Origin: Pelomyxa schiedti
Lineage: Eukaryota > Protista > Evosea
Length of the DNA stretch: 64,000 nt
Reading direction: 5' to 3'
NCBI GenBank assembly: GCA_020536535.1
Contig: JAHLWZ010000872.1
Location: forward strand, 1-64,000
The notes under the pieces are model-generated. The model had not been told where the DNA came from. It did no database searches and saw nothing but the letters and a program-made list of their open reading frames with translations. This document shows, piece after piece, positions 11,426 through 22,619 of this stretch (position 1 is the first letter of the stretch; the number at the start of each line of letters is the position of its first letter). Made by a program: the position numbers and the translations under genes.

Positions 11426-12453
11426 TCAAAAACATGAGCTTTTTTGTTCTGGGGGAATTGAGGCTGATGGAGGGGGTCCTTGGTCAAGTATTAGTTTTGC
11501 CATTTGTGTGAATGCCAAGTCAACATTGTTGCCATTCTTGGCTGAGCATTCGCTGTGTTTGTTTGTTTGTTTGAATTGGTGAGTGAGAAGGTATTGGGAA
11601 ATACATGTAAGGCATCTGCAATTCGTCAGCGAGTTTTTGCGCTGTTTCTATTGGAATGACTCGCTCAGTTTCTAAGTCACTCTGTGAAAAAGATTAGACT
11701 CCACTAACGAAGTGGAACTTACTTTGTTTCCAATCAGTATGCGGCGTCCAGTTGCTGACATGGAATCAAGTTCTTTAACCCAATCACGGCACCGGTCAAA
11801 GGAGTTCTGAGAAGTTACGTCACTGTAAAGCATGTGAATGATTGATGAAGGAGAGGCAATGCCCACAATACAATGAAAATCCCATGTGCTCCCCGGTAAT
11901 CTAGGTAACATATTCTGTGTTATCTACAACAACGGCATTTAAAATTAAGGCATACAGCCTGCCATAAGGGACCGGAATCTGGAATTTAAGTTATAAACGC
12001 AGTGGGGATTGAGTGCCGCGATAGTTACCTCTCTTCGCCTCCAGTGTCCCACTATTACCAGGAATTGAATGTTACTAGGTAAAGAGTGTTTCAACAGAAT
12101 ACACAACAATTTGCAGCTTGATGCTCGTTGTATCAATGGTTATTTCACGTACTCTCTGACACAACGTTTGCTAATTAGCCAAAACAAAATACTAGGGATT
12201 ACACACGAAGTCTACACCAATAGTGCAGCAAGGGTAATCAAAAGTGTTAAGCTGCAATTGGGATGTAATTATTCAACACAATGGTTTGATTTTAATAAAA
12301 AAAAGGGGGAATGTGCCGTGAATCTGATACTCAACATAGCTAAAAGAAAGTTGAGTTAGTCACACTAAATCACATTCAATCGATCAACACACTTTTGCCG
12401 ACGTTAGTCTCACCAACCGACGTAATTTTGAACATCCACTCGCTAATCGACAT
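11426..12453 (-). CDS. Rab-family small GTPase, Rab1-like, paralogue 2 (multi-exon)
   Basis: MSISEWMFKITSVGETNVGK, TIGVDF, IKLQI|WDTGGEER, YRGAHGIFIVF|DVTSQNSF, ILIGNK|SDL, ECSAKNG; ends KSSCF*. Confidence 0.9.
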
Positions 12454-12643
12454 TTCGATTGATGCATGGGATCAACACTCATTAGCAACAAACTAACAAC
12501 AAAACGCACCACGGCCTGCTGCCGCTCATTTTTTCTTCTTTTCTTTCGGTTACGAAATTCTACCGTTTCTAAAACCCTCTTGTTATATTAAACAGAGGTG
12601 GAAAACCCACAATCCCTCCATCACTCCATTCCTATTCACAACA

Positions 12644-13500
12644 TCACTTAGAGGAAGCGTAGCTGAACAAGTACTGCTGTTGCTCAGTGAGTGCGGCTGG
12701 TGTACCCACAAGGAACATGAACAGCTGGGTTCCCACACCAGACGCCGGAGTGCCCGCGTTGTTGTACCGCCACGCCATTTCCACTGTCATCCAGGCCTTG
12801 AGGCACCCTGTGGCTGCCCAGAATGCCAGCGGGGCAGCCGGCGGCGAGTGAGGGGTTCCAGTCTGTGAGGCAAGGAATATGATGCACGGGCACTGCACAA
12901 GGGCTCCGCTAAGTGCCGCACGGTGCTTCATAAGTTCGATACTATCGAATTCTCTTCCGTCAATTCCTTTGGCCTGGTTGCATGTTAGTGCTTACGGGAT
13001 TGTAACCCCTTTTTTTTTTTTTTTTTTTTTTGAGTTAGGGGCTTCTTGTGTCGGTTATTCGCTAAATAGTGTGCAAACTATTTAAGTGTTTGAATAGGGA
13101 CCCATACCGCGCTGAGCTTCATGACCATTCTCTTGACGTCCTCCAGCACCTTCTGTGACAAGCCATTGGACGATGTGACGTCGAACCTATCCCACTGGAA
13201 CTCGGCCCTCGAGGACATCGCCAGCCTGCCCCACGCCCCGCCGCCCCACACGGCCGGGTCCGGCTCGCCCTGCCTTGCCCCCTCCCCCTCCCCCTCCCCC
13301 ACACCCTCCGGCCGCGGGTCAGCCGCCTCGGTTGTGGCCGCGGTGTTGGCGGCGGGGGTGGTGGCGGCGGGGGTGCCGCGGCCCCACAGCGACTGCATGG
13401 ACGCCGTGGTGGACGCGGCCGACGGGGGAGGCGGTGGTGTCTGCGAGGCCGACGATGAGGACGACGAGGCGGGTGGTTGGTTACCAGTGGGTCTCCCCAT
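12644..13500 (-). CDS. Hypothetical protein, multi-exon, low-complexity N-terminus
   Basis: GC-rich first exon from ATG 13500 (MGRPTGNQPP) and splice-site-bounded downstream exons; no recognisable domain; 3' end uncertain. Confidence 0.45.
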
Positions 13501-13650
13501 GCCAGGCCTGCTCCTTGTTGTTGTTGTTTGTGTTGGCTTTTGTTTTTTTCCCCCCTGTTACGCGAAGTTTTCGTTTCGTTTTTTTATTCACAAAGGTCCA
13601 AGGGGGTTATGTTTGGGCATTGGGGTTCCTTTCGAGGAACTCTGTAGTAT

Positions 13651-14465
13651 CTAGCTCGTCTTGAAGAAGAGTATGGTGGTGTCCTTGGTAACAGCACATT
13701 GTATGAAGGTGTAGCCTTCTGTCTCTTTGGCGTTTATGATGCGTTGTAGGGCCTCATCGCGTAGGGTGGAGTTTTTGAGTGTAACAACTTCAGTGTGGTA
13801 TTCGGATTCCTGCGTTTTTTGATATGCTATGTGAGACAGTGGATTTTTAAAAAAGTTATATGACCTTCTCAAATATCTTTCCTCTCGGCAATAGGACACC
13901 GTAGTGCGCAGCTTCTTTATAAATGGCATCCATGTGGATGTGAGCTGGGACGTGGAAGTTCCCAGTACGCAGCCATTCAAGGACGTATCTTAGCGCCTGG
14001 TCAGGGAATAAAAGGTACAGAGAGGAACGGAAAGAGGAGGAAAAATGCATACTCGAATAAAGTGGGGTCTCGATCAATAAATATATATCCTTTAGCATCA
14101 CGAACACAACGAATTCTTCCAGACAATACACCAGTAAAGTAATTGTTTCGCTTAGCCCCTGTAGTTAACATCTATTATTTAACGAGCGGATGAAGAAAAT
14201 ATAATAACCTGGTTCCGGGGACACCCTCCTCAGAGATGCCGCTGTAGTTTCAAATCTGAGTGTGCGTTTTAGACGCGAACAACCGGAAAAGAAAGAGAAA
14301 GATCCAAAAACAAAAACAAAACAACCACAACCTCCTGCCGCCAACGTTGAATTTTACAATGTCGTCAGGAGAGGGTATCACATCGTCATCCTCGGGCCCC
14401 CCTGGTGTCGCCACAGCCGACGATGTTGTCAGCGGCGTCTCCGCATCCCTCTCCCTTCGCGACAT
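13651..14465 (-). CDS. KCTD-like BTB/POZ (T1-type) domain protein
   Basis: DDIVKFNVGG in exon 1; downstream LRYVLEWLRTG and IYKEAAHYG match the KCTD BTB pattern. Confidence 0.8.
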
Positions 14466-14779
14466 ACCGTCGTTTGTTTCGTTTTTGTGTTTTTTTGGGA
14501 AATGATCAGATCTCTGAATTGATCAATTCTCAAGTTCAGATGCCACCCTGGGTGGCAGTAATTGCCCGCAAACAATGTGCCATGTAACTCCAGAAATACA
14601 ACTTAATTTTCCAAACAACTCACTGTCCGATAATGAACTCGGACTTCCCCATTCGGAATCAACATCATCAAACTCACTTAAGCCCACTGATTGAAGTGGT
14701 AACGCGTTGGCGTCCGTTGCCACATTTTGCTAGCTCCAGAGCTGTACAAGTGGTTGCGAGGAGGAGTGCGCAGCGAGGG

Positions 14780-16075
14780 ATGACGTTGAGTGACTCGCAA
14801 CAAACCGTGATCCTCGGAATAAGGATCGCGAACTCCTTTCTGTCTCTGTTTGGCACGTGCTACGTGCTGTTTAGTTCGCTGGTCTTCAGGCAGTTCAGGG
14901 GGCTGTCATCGCGTCTCGTTTTGTATTTGATGGCCTCGTCTGGGGCTGCTGCCGCTGTAAATTTGATGGGACTTGGTATTTTTTTTACGATTTAACCCCT
15001 CTTTGCGCTAATGTGAAATAGGCATTGGCATAAACCCAACTGAGACGCCATTGTGTAAGGCCCAAGGGGTCACCCTGCAATTTTTTCAGCAGGTAGATGG
15101 ATAATTTCAGGGTTTCCACCAATTCAAACAACAGGCACAATTCTTGTGGGTTTGTGCAATCGCTATACACCTTTTTATTGGACTTGTGCTACACAAACAC
15201 CCAAAGCGTATTTATGAAATTACCTGTCATATTGTAATTTGGACTCTCGCATCCATTTATACCATCCTTCCTGCAACCACTAAGTAATTCATCCTTTTAG
15301 ACCCTCTTCACTTCAACTAATCCTTTTACGCAGAGACTATGGCCCAGCAGGAGTCTGGTAACAATATTAATTCCTAAAGCAGTATCCTCTTTAACTAGTA
15401 TCTCACAGGTGCTGGATAAAAGGAGAAGATGACGATAAGTCAGGATTCATATGGCGGCTTGCAGTTTTTTACATACCACTCTTTAGCTACGTTTTACTTG
15501 TATTCGTTATTTACGGAATGTCATTCCGGGCTGCCCAACGAGTTTTCCGGAAAGTCTCCATTGGGGATATTCTTTGTTCCAAGAAAAAGACTCCTGGCTT
15601 AGCTATACTACAACGGCTAGCAATCTATCCATTGATTTTTGTTGTTGTTTGGCTTTTCCCTGTTATAAATAGGATTCAAGTAAGTCTTTGTCTCTTGAAA
15701 CTTTTTTTTTAATAATTGTTTATTTTCATTAAAAGAACTGGATAAACCCCGACGACGAGGTAGCCTTTTCTTTGTCTCTCAATACACTCACTTTGCCAGA
15801 TATTCGGACTAGTCTTGATGCAAGTGCTTACAGCACCACTGTTTGGGTTCTGGAACAGTGTCTTTTACTCTCTAGACATCGCACTCGGCACGCGGTACCT
15901 CAATGCCCTCCGAAGAAGAAGGATATGTACATGCTGTGTTGGCACCGAACTAGAGATGGTAGAGCAAGATGACTTTGCAGACAACTATCTCGTTGATATG
16001 GACCTTACATCAGCCTCCAGTGCTACTGGTGACACTCCCAAATCCTCTGTTGTACCCAGCATCAGTGTAACATAA
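14780..16075 (+). CDS. 7TM GPCR, cAMP-receptor-like (cAR/Crl/Git3-like) family, multi-exon
   Basis: SFLSLFGTCYVL, SRLVLYL, LCKAQG, FLWVCAIAIHL, YGPAGVW|CWI, FYIPL, RLAIYPLIFVVVWLFPVINRI, GFWNSVFY; seven hydrophobic segments. Confidence 0.88.
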
Positions 16076-16388
16076 ACGTCCAACTGCTTCAGCACCAGCA
16101 CAGCAAACTATGTCCTTTCCTGTACACACTACCACTGAATCCATGTAAAAAAAAAGGCACAAGAATGCCAACTGCAGTTTCATTAAACTATTTCTCCCAA
16201 ACCCTGGTATTTGTCATTCCCACAACCCAGTATTCAGGGGAAAAACGAACTCGGAAAAGAAACGAAACACAGTTGAACGTGGTGGTGGTGGAAGGGCCAC
16301 GCACAAGTCCCACCCTCTGCAACATTGTGGGAATTTAAGTTACGCAACTTAAAGGCTTTTTTTTTTCCCTCACTATGTTGGGGTTTCG

Positions 16389-18126
16389 TTAGAGAGCCTC
16401 TATGTTGAATTGCCACTTGACATTCCTGGCTCTCATTTGTTCTGTGTAGTGCAGGAACAGGTTCTCGTGGAATCCAATACATTCAGGAGGGTGAACTCCA
16501 GGAACGGCATATTGTCCCATCAGAACCATTCGTGCAACAACGGCACATGTGCAACCTGTGGTAACTGACATGGACGACCGCGGGAATGGGAGCGCGTAGT
16601 CAGTTGTCTGGTACAGGTCGAAGGTAACTTTGCAACGGCGGCCTGGGAAACCACTTTTATCGTTTCCGGTACCAATCAGTTGAACCCGCATTATCTTTTT
16701 GTGGTATAAGAATATGAACACCAGGGAATGGGGCATACTGTGCATTCCGGTTCTGTGACAAGATTCTGTTTCCAATGAGGAAGCAAAAGATGTGAAGTGA
16801 AATCGTCCGGAATGATAGTTTGACCCTATTGTTAGGTTAATTGTGAGGGTAGCACTGAGTCGGGTGTCAACCGTGCTTGTGATCGTAATTGGTTTGCTAC
16901 TAAGGAAACCTGCTTCGCGCAGGGAAAGAACAAAGTTTTGGTGTCCAGGCCATCTTAATGTCTTCTCTTTCTTGACGAGGTGTGAGGAAAAGGTCATAGT
17001 AAAATCCTTAGTTATACCATGTTCTTTGCAATTGGATTCTTGGCAATGGATCGGAGGCCATCTGTAATGAATGCCTCCATTTCTCTATTTCCAGGAACCA
17101 TGGGGAGGCGTATTGTTTCGAGCTCCGACAAAGCTGGCACTTGGACAGCCTGTAGAAATAAAAAGAAGCTCAAAGAAGGAACGGGAAAGTACTTTTCCGT
17201 TTTGGATAATGGTAGACTCCCGAGTGTACTCTGAAAAGACATCGTGAGGGCACCAAGGAGCCTTGTAGTTAAATGGTGGCTTGGGGTTCTGTGGAATTCC
17301 ACCAATGTACATGACACACTCTTCGCAGGCATCTGGCAAGAAAAACATCGATCCGTAGGCACTCACTTTTATGGTAAGAAGGTAGGATAGGAAAAAGGGG
17401 ACAACTCATATGAGACATTCCAGGGGCAACTCCACAGTCGCAGATTACTGTAATGCCCTTGGCTTTTGCCTTGGAGTCAAGCTGTGTGTAGTCTTGCTGT
17501 TCCCAGAAATGTCAGATCACGGAACAAGAAGCAGGAGTAAACCTCCATGAACGAAATGTCGACATAGTTCTTCCCAGCCTCCACAACAGCGTTAAGTGCA
17601 TTAAAACCTAAGCCAGATGGTAGAGCACCAACAACCATGTCAAATGGCTTTGCCGCAGCCACAATTGCAGCTCTATTGGATAGATCCATAGGCAATTTGC
17701 GAATCCGGGGATAAACTGATGCAATGTTAGATAGAGTCCTAATCCAAAAAAAAAAAAAAAACCCCACAACAGCTATCAACCAAAAAACCTCAAACAACAT
17801 CCCATTATTTAAAACAACATATTCGTACACATACGTTTTTGCAAAGCGGACAAAGTGTCAGGCCTGCCATCAGCAACAGTAACAGATATGAGGGGGTCGC
17901 GGCTGAGATCCCCAGCCATCACTCCTCCCACAAGTCCCCCGCCCAGAACAAGAACGTTCTTGGTCCCTACTCAAACCCCGTCAACATGCGCGAAAGTTGA
18001 CGCTTTGTTTCGTCTGCCGAAACCACGCTAAAAGAATGCCGCGAATTGAAGTGTAGTTTAACCTGTGATGTGTGCCCCGATGTTGTCCACCCGCCGTAGC
18101 ACCGCCGATTCCCTCGTCGCTGCCAT
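16389..18126 (-). CDS. Saccharopine dehydrogenase / lysine 6-dehydrogenase family oxidoreductase (prokaryote type) with N-terminal PTS2-like peptide
   Basis: Exon 1 18126-18063 (MAATRESAVLRRVDNIGAHIT) splices in frame via a 96-nt intron to G-TKNVLVLGGGLVG (Rossmann); then VVGALPSGLG, YVDISF, DCGVAPG, YIGGIPQ, YKAPW, EAFITDGLRS, KTLRWPGH, GVHPPE. Confidence 0.88.
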
Positions 18127-18363
18127 TCTTTGTTTTCTCTGATTTCTCTTTCGCCGAAAGCCCCCAGATCGGACAAAACAGAATCTCTGCAGGACTCCTC
18201 GTCGACGACGTTACACACTGTTTGGGAGAGGAGGAGCACTCGAAGCAAATATAACTAACTTTAGAGTTCCAACAGACCGACAGTTCCAGAGGAGAAACCC
18301 CCATCAGAACTCAGGCGTCTTTTCACCGTGGTTTCGCCGAAACAGAACAAAAGAAAAGGACAG

Positions 18364-20431
18364 ATGTCGAGCAGCTGTGCTGTCAGCGGTGGGGCGGCGG
18401 CGGTGGCGGTGGCGGTGGCGGTGGCGGTGAAGACGCGAATGTGTTGCATTGGTGCTGGGTACGTCGGCGGTCCCTCGTCCGCCGTCTTCGCCGACCGGTG
18501 CCCCGACGTCGACGTCGTGGTAGCCGACCTCAACGCGGACCGCGTGGACGCCTGGGTCCGCGGCTCCCGCATCGCCGCCGACGCGGTCTCGTCGTCTGGC
18601 ACCAAGGAGGACGTGGGGCGCGGGCTGGCCGAGGCGGAGGGCGTGCTGCCCATGTACGAGCCGGGGCTGGCCGAGGTGGTGGGGCGGGCCACGGTGCGAG
18701 GCAACCTGCGGTTCACGACGGAGGTGGGGCCCGCCGTCGCCGGCGCCAGGATCGTACTGCTGTGCGTCAACACCCCAAATAAGGAGTACGGAACATCGGT
18801 GTGTATGATGATGACGTTGTTGTTGAGCGAACAACTTGTTATTATGGGATTATGAGTTATTATTGTTGTGTGTGTAAGTGATGGGGAAAAAAAAAATCTA
18901 AGTAGGACAGTGTATTGCGCAAAGAAATACTTATGAAAATAATATAACAGTAAAAAAACCAAGGAGTAATTTTTAAGTATCTGTTGAATGGAATTGTGAT
19001 CATACTAACTGGGTTAGGGAGTGGGTGGGTATGATCTCACGTCTTACGAGTCGGCAGCCAGGTGTGTTGCGCAGAATGCCGTACACGATATGATTGTGGT
19101 GGAGAAATCTACTGTGCCTGTGCGGACAGCTGACGTCATCGAGACGGTATTGGCGGCAAACGTTAGGGACAAGTCCATCAAGTTCGATGTACTTTCAAGT
19201 CCGGAATTTCTTGCTGAAGTAAACGCACCCACTTTTTTCTTACAATTATGGGCTAACAACTCAAAAGGGTACTGCAATACACAACCTTGAAACTCCGGAT
19301 AGGGTACTTATTGGGTGCCATGATACCCCATCTGGCCACCTAGCTGAAGAAGAGCTTGCTGCAGTTTACAGGTTTCGAAACAAACATACATTCAACCACT
19401 AATACCTGATAGGAAATGGATACCCCAGGAAAAGATAGTTGTTACCAAAATTTGGAGCAGCGAACTTAGTAAACTGGCTGCCAACGCACTTCTTGCGCAA
19501 AGAATTTCCTCGATCAACGCTTTCTCTGCCTTATGTGAAGCTTCTGGGGCCGACGTTCAAGGTTTCCCCGACAATTTTTGTTTTCTTCCCAACAAAAACC
19601 AGAGGTTGCTAGGGTTGTGGGAATGGATACACGCATAGGACCGTACTTTTTGAATAGCAGTGTGGGATTTGGTGGTTCATGTTTTGGAAAAGATTTGCAA
19701 GGTCTTATATACCTCTGTGAATCCTACCACCTCCACGAGGTTGCCGAGTATTGGAGACAGGTCGAGGTTACTGACAACTTACCTATGTTAAGCTTGTTTT
19801 AGGTTCTGAAAATCAATAACTACCAAAAGAAGAGATTTTCCGCAAAAATCATTTCTACAATGTTCGGGACTGTGAGAAACAAAACTGTATGAGAGATTGG
19901 TTTTTTTTTCCTTTCAAACGCACTGACTCTCTCCTAGATATGTATCCTTGGGATGGCTTTCAAGAAGAATACAGGAGATACCAGAGATAGTGCTGCATTA
20001 GATGTCATCCAGCACCTGCTTGCTGACCACGCTAATATAGTAGCTTATGACCCCAAGGTACAGTTTAATACCAATTTTCGGTATTAAGCTCATATAGGTT
20101 CCTATTAGCGAGATAAAGACCATGTTTCCTGCAGTCAAGTGCACCACTGACCCATATGAAGCTGCTTGTGGTTCTGATGCTGTTGCGGTCTTAACTGAGT
20201 GGGATGTTTTCAAGGTAATCACACCACTACCTCCATTCCTATCTCCAACTTTCATTGATTTCCAAACAACAGACCTTAGACTACACCCGCATATACAACT
20301 CAATGAGGCGCCCGGCATTCGTATTTGATGGGCGGAATATACTCAACCACACCGCACTCCGTGATATAGGGTTCACAGTCTATGCAATTGGTAAACCCAC
20401 AACAACAGTAGCATGCACACACAGTTCGTGA
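18364..20431 (+). CDS. UGDH: UDP-glucose 6-dehydrogenase, multi-exon
   Basis: [83 protein letters not shown]. Confidence 0.96.
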
Positions 20432-20559
20432 AGAATTCGGCAACCAAAACCCATAGGGTACCACACAACCAATCACAGCCAAAACAAAATAAAATAATTG
20501 TATGAGGCAATGACTCGTCAACACAAACAAGATAACATCAACAATAGTAGTAACAGTCA

Positions 20560-22480
20560 CTGACCCTTTTTCTCTTTGGAGCTTGCAAAGTCCATGTACC
20601 CACTTATCCAGGTGATGGGGTTCGTCACTCCTCACAAAAAATACCTGCAAAACAAAAAAAAAACATACACGCACTAACCTTGCGTACTTGTGGGAGACAA
20701 CAAAAAAAATGTTTTTTATGGGGGGAAGAAATCTCCGATGTGGTTGGGTTGGGGGTGACTGTTTGATGATATATTGGAGGTAGTGGGTGCGGTAGTATGT
20801 ATTGGATATTGGATTGGATTGTTGTTGTGAACTTGTTGTTGTATTCATATCATCATTCCGCAGAGTGCCATTGCATTCCAAATCATCCCATTCAATCAGA
20901 TATCTTATCTGTGCGTTGAAANNNNNNNNNNNNNNNNNNNNNNNNNNNNNNNNNNNNNNNNNNNNNNNNNNNNNNNNNNNNNNNNNNNNNNNNNNNNNNN
21001 NNNNNNNNNNNNNNNNNNNNNGCCCCATTGATTGCTTGCTCTTTGGGACAGCAGGCAGGGCAGGGATGCCATTCGGCTGTGCACCAAAGGTGGCACAAAT
21101 TTCTCGAGGTTGCTTAAAACCCCCTGCACACTGCCCCCATCATGATGACATGGTCACACCATGGGCCACACACTCTCATATCTGCGTGGGAATAATCAGT
21201 GTGCTGTAAATAGCAAGGGGCACACACACCTTACATGCTGCAATGGCAAAATCCCCCAAATCAGTAGGTAGTAACAAAGCCGGTGGTGTTGTTGATGGGG
21301 GGAAGAAATCTCCGATGTGGTTGGGTTGGGGGTGACTGTTTGATGATATATTGGAGGTAGTGGGTGCGGTAGTATGTATTGGATATTGGATTGGATATTG
21401 GATTGGATTGTTGTTGTGAACTTGTTGTTGTATTCATATCATCATTCCGCAGAGTGCCATTGCATTCCAAATCATCCCATTCAATCAGATATCTTATCTG
21501 TGCGTTGAAATGAGTGAAAGGTTTGGTAAAAAACGGCACACAGCTTTGTATAGAGAGCCTGCCTCATGTTGAATCATGCCCCATTGATTGCTTGCTCTTT
21601 GGGACAGCAGGCAGGGCAGGGATGCCATTCGGCTGTGCACCAAAGGTGGCACAAATTTCTCGAGGTTGCTTAAAACCCCCTGCACACTGCCCCCATCACC
21701 GTGACTCGAGCATAACAGAAGGAGTGTTGGTGACGAAGAGAAACAGACCACTGCCTTGTACCGCTGTGTTGTATTTATTGCCTTGTGTAGGCGAAAAACC
21801 GGCGGCGATTTGTGGTGTTTATTGTGTCGTACCTTTTTTTTATTTTTTATGCGAGCTTACGTTGTCGTACATCCGGCTGTTGTAGTGCGATTTTTTTTTA
21901 TTTTTGTTTAATAATTCTTAATTTTAATTTAGTTTTTTTTTAATTTTTTTTGTTTAATAAAAATTATTCCTGAAGCAGAATGGACAGCGTCTATTTTTAT
22001 ACTGCAACGACTTTGCAACTCGAGCCAAAACCATTTCTGAGTGTACATTTCTCCCCCACCTCGATAATGGGAGCAGAGAACACGGATTGTAGTTGGCCAA
22101 AGAGTTGTGGTGTTTTGGTGTGTTAGTGCTGTGATGTTAGCGTAATCGTTTATGTATTGTAGTCGACTACTGGACATTTCCCAACTCCCATGATTCGTCT
22201 ATGTTGTAATAGTAAGTTAGACCGACTGCGTGGGTATATAGCGGTATTACTATTTAAAAAAAACAAAGAAAGCAAGTGAGTGCCGGGTGTTTAGAACACT
22301 GCGTTTAGAACATACCTCAGTGTCAGAACGGAACAACTGTAATAACTGAGTGACTAAACAAATACGAGCGTCGCCGTGTGCAATGTGTGTCATTGGGCAT
22401 CTCGGTCGTCATACATTTCAAGAGTTTTCAAAATACACTGGGCTCTGGATTTTCGGTTACGGCAGCATAAACCCTGGAAA
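20560..22480 (-). CDS. Possible multi-exon hypothetical gene containing an internal tandem duplication
   Basis: GT-AG-bounded exons, e.g. SLYKA|IRYLIEW, and VFFVRSDEPHHLDKWVHGLCK, which resembles a PH-domain C-terminal helix. Boundaries are poorly defined and a gap interrupts the region. Confidence 0.3.
20717..21698. repeat. Tandem duplication, period about 560-590 bp (about 20717-21142 vs 21296-21698), spanning the 100-N gap at 20922-21021
   Basis: 20801-20921 and 21022-21142 each match the second copy exactly; the second copy has an extra 12-bp GGATTGGATATT unit. Confidence 0.85.
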
Positions 22481-22619
22481 CAAGTTCACACACCCACTGT
22501 ATCACATTTAATACAAAATCATAAGGATAACCATAAAAATGGCCAAAAACAAAAAAAAAAAAAATAACATAAAAGAAAAGAAAATAAAAGCAACGCAGTG
22601 CTGCGGCTACAAAAACAAC

